This document shows, in pieces, positions 61,216-64,000 of a stretch of 64,000 bases of DNA. Source of the DNA: Amoebophrya sp. A120 (taxonomy: Eukaryota > Protista > Dinoflagellata); assembly GCA_905178155.1 (NCBI GenBank), contig CAJINV010000024.1, positions 181,964 to 245,963 of the forward strand, in the 5' to 3' direction. The notes under the pieces are model-generated. The model made no database searches. It was not told the origin of the DNA and saw only the letters and a program-made list of their open reading frames with translations. How positions within the stretch are numbered: the first letter of the stretch is position 1; every line of letters begins with the position of its first letter. The translations under genes and the position numbers were made by a program.

Positions 61216-64000
61216 ATCGCGGCGGCGGCGCGAGGAACCGCACTGCAGCTCCCGCCGCCGGCAAGGCGCCACACCGCAACCCAGCACGCGCAAAGCCGGC
61301 CGTGAAGCGCCCCGCCACCAGAAAGAAACGGCCGCTGCAGCCTATAGATCTAGGCAGGCGAACGTGATTCCGAGCTGTGCTCGAGTGCGTGTCTAATTCT
61401 ATCTAGATAGAGTGCGTGTCTAACATCCGCATAGAAACAGAAACAGAAAAGGGCTGACGCTGAACGCTCCAGCAACGCGTCCATCTGCACTACGAGTCCC
61501 GCTGGGACTGCCGCTCAACAACCTGTCTCGCTCCCGCGCTCAAGAGTCGTGAATTCGCTCAGTCTGATGTTGCGGAGTGAATTGGCGCTCAGTCACAGAA
61601 GGGAAAAGCCTCACCCTTGCTGGAGTTTTTTTCCCGTTGCTGGTTGTGTACTCTCCGTGCCTACGTACAATTTAGCACTGCCTACCGGCCACTGCAACTC
61701 GCTTCAGATCACTTTGTTCTAGATTGATAGAACAGAAACACCCGGCGCTAGTGAAAATCCGAGTTGCGGCAGACAGTTGCTTTGTGGGCCATATTTATTG
61801 TGCCAGCGGCAGATGCAGAAGCGCAACTACAACTGCAAAAAGCATGTTTATATTTACAGTAGAGCATTTCGCTTTCGCAGTCCATCTTTTTCCAACAAAA
61901 CCAAAACACACCACCTTCTTACACATTTTATCTCTTCAGGGAAAGCTTTCAAGCTCAAAAGCCAACCTTCACTCACCGGCAACCTTTGTCCTCGTGCCAG
62001 TTCTTTCCACGGTTTAGTGAAAGGGTCACTTTTCAGCAACAAAAATTGCTGCTCATCGCTACCTCAACCTCAACACCGACCTGCAGGCAACAGCGCCGCA
62101 CACATGCTGCTTTCTACTTCAGTAGTGGCCTGCCCCAAAAGCAGCTTCAAAGCCGAACCGCACCACGTAGTCGCAACAGCGAGGGCTCCATATCCCGCGG
62201 TCTCCGGAGCTCCGTGTCCCACAGACGCGGCGTTCGGGGTCGTAAATGGCTCGACTTATCGATGGAACCGAGACCAGCAGGAAAGCAATACGGAAAAGAC
62301 TTCCTGATATCCGGTGTCAGGGGGGGGGGGCGAGTCCGCAGCCTTGGTTGTTCCGCCGCCCTCTTGTCTAAAGCGTACCAGAAGATCCAGATCGATTGCA
62401 TTCCCCTCCGGTCTGGTCTGGAGTCGATCCATTAAGGCTGCAAGAGGTGTGTCCAGCACTCGTCTGGGTGGCAATTCAAGTCTGCTGCCGCACTCCGGCA
62501 CACTCCTCGCAGGCATGGAGCAAATGAACCAAGCGAGCTATCACGACGTCTCATTGTGACAAAACAAGCAGAGGCCATCGTCAAACGAGCTCTGTTCTTT
62601 GTGCGGAAAGAAGTGTAAATAAAGTGCCTGCACTCATACGAGGAAAAGTGCCTAAACTCTGCTTCATAAACATGGCGGTGCAGAAAAACCACATGATCAT
62701 GTCAGGAATATCTTATACTTGTGATGCTGGGAATAAATGCTGTTCCTCAGGCAGGCAGTAGCAGCCTTGGTTCGTTGACGACCTACAAGAACGCGGCAAA
62801 AGTTTAGGTCGTGATGCGTTAAAACTGAACTGCAGCTATGTTTTCGGAACCGAATGGAAATGCTCTACCTTCTACGGGGTGCATTTACATGGTTGCGAAC
62901 GACTTTGACGACCGCAGCAGCTGCATTCTGTATATATTCCATTCAACTTTTCTGCCCTCTCCGACTGACCAGGAAGAACTTCTTTACTGACCGTGGGCAA
63001 AGTAAGTGCTTGTGGTTTGCAACATAACGCACAAGTGCGCCTACCGAAGACGAGAGCGAAGACATTACGACGCTGGGAGGCGTGACTAATACAAAAGCTG
63101 CTTCGTAGAGAGGCGTGGCTCAGGCAAAAGTTTCTTCGCCGAGAGACCGAGGGGGACGGCCCACCTACATACTAGCGTGATCGTGGTGCTCAATAGTGCA
63201 CCCGATCTTTAGAGATTTACCGCTACGAAGGACGCAACAAGTGTAGTTCATAGAAATACTATATCGCTCAGATTATGTTGATCTAGCTTCAGCGTTGCAA
63301 TGTGGAACAAGCTGCAGATCGGAACTTGCTTGGATCTCGAGATCACTGTTTTGGGATCTTAGTGAACCAGCTGAGTAAGTTGTGAGAGAAACTTCCTCCT
63401 GACAATGAATCAATCTTGGGCAGAACAACCCGTGTGCGAAACACAGCAAGCGCAGCCTGCTCTTGAGAAGTAAGTAGCGCGAGCCCAAATGCGCGGCTAC
63501 GCAGTTTGTCTCCTTCAAAACACACAATAGCCCGCGGACAAAGCAATCCGCTGCGGGGGGCGGAGTTCGGCGCAGCTGCGATCGCCATCGCAAAGCGCAG
63601 CCGCGGCAGGGCGCCCGGAGCCCGGTCGGGCGGGCGCCGCGGGTTCCCAATCGGGTGGCACTGGCCGCGGCGCCGTTGCTTTGCGCCGGCGGCTTCGTGG
63701 CCAGGCTTGGGCAGCGCCGCTGCTCCGCCTGCACCTTGGCCGCGGCGGCAAAGGCCCCCCGCGGCGTAGTGTAAGAACAATATGCGCGCAGTTTTTCCTG
63801 TAATAATGCCGGCGCCCGCCAAGGCAGAGACTTCTTCCAGACCCTAGATCGGCGAAGACGGTTCGCATCGTGAGAACGCGACCGCCTTTCCGTCGCCATC
63901 CTTCCGCCCGATCTCCTTCAACTCCGCGAGATATGGACACGAATTCAGCACACCCAGAATACAACCTCATGCCAGACAGGAGTGCATGCTTGGCGCACCG

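Overview
Eukaryotic DNA, by inference a dinoflagellate-lineage parasite of the Amoebophrya (Syndiniales) type. Every gene I could reconstruct lies on the minus strand: an Mps1/TTK-like kinase with a transmembrane segment, an ankyrin-repeat protein, GDP-mannose 4,6-dehydratase, three coiled-coil hypothetical proteins and some fragments. The dominant feature is about 57 short (146-418 bp) MITE-like elements with TAT...ATA terminal inverted repeats and 5-bp direct repeats. All but one interrupt reconstructed or candidate exons and appear to act as non-canonical introns (introners). Removing each as N-TAT...ATA-NNNN (sense strand) restores reading frames and conserved residues, even where the direct repeat has decayed. 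Unrelated element families share an internal TGTNATGC motif, and several families occur in both orientations. Also present: a 203-bp satellite inside a canonical intron, a ~310-bp tandem repeat, a 72-bp coding repeat, microsatellites and two 100-N gaps. All gene models were read by eye with no RNA data, so coordinates may be off by a few bases.
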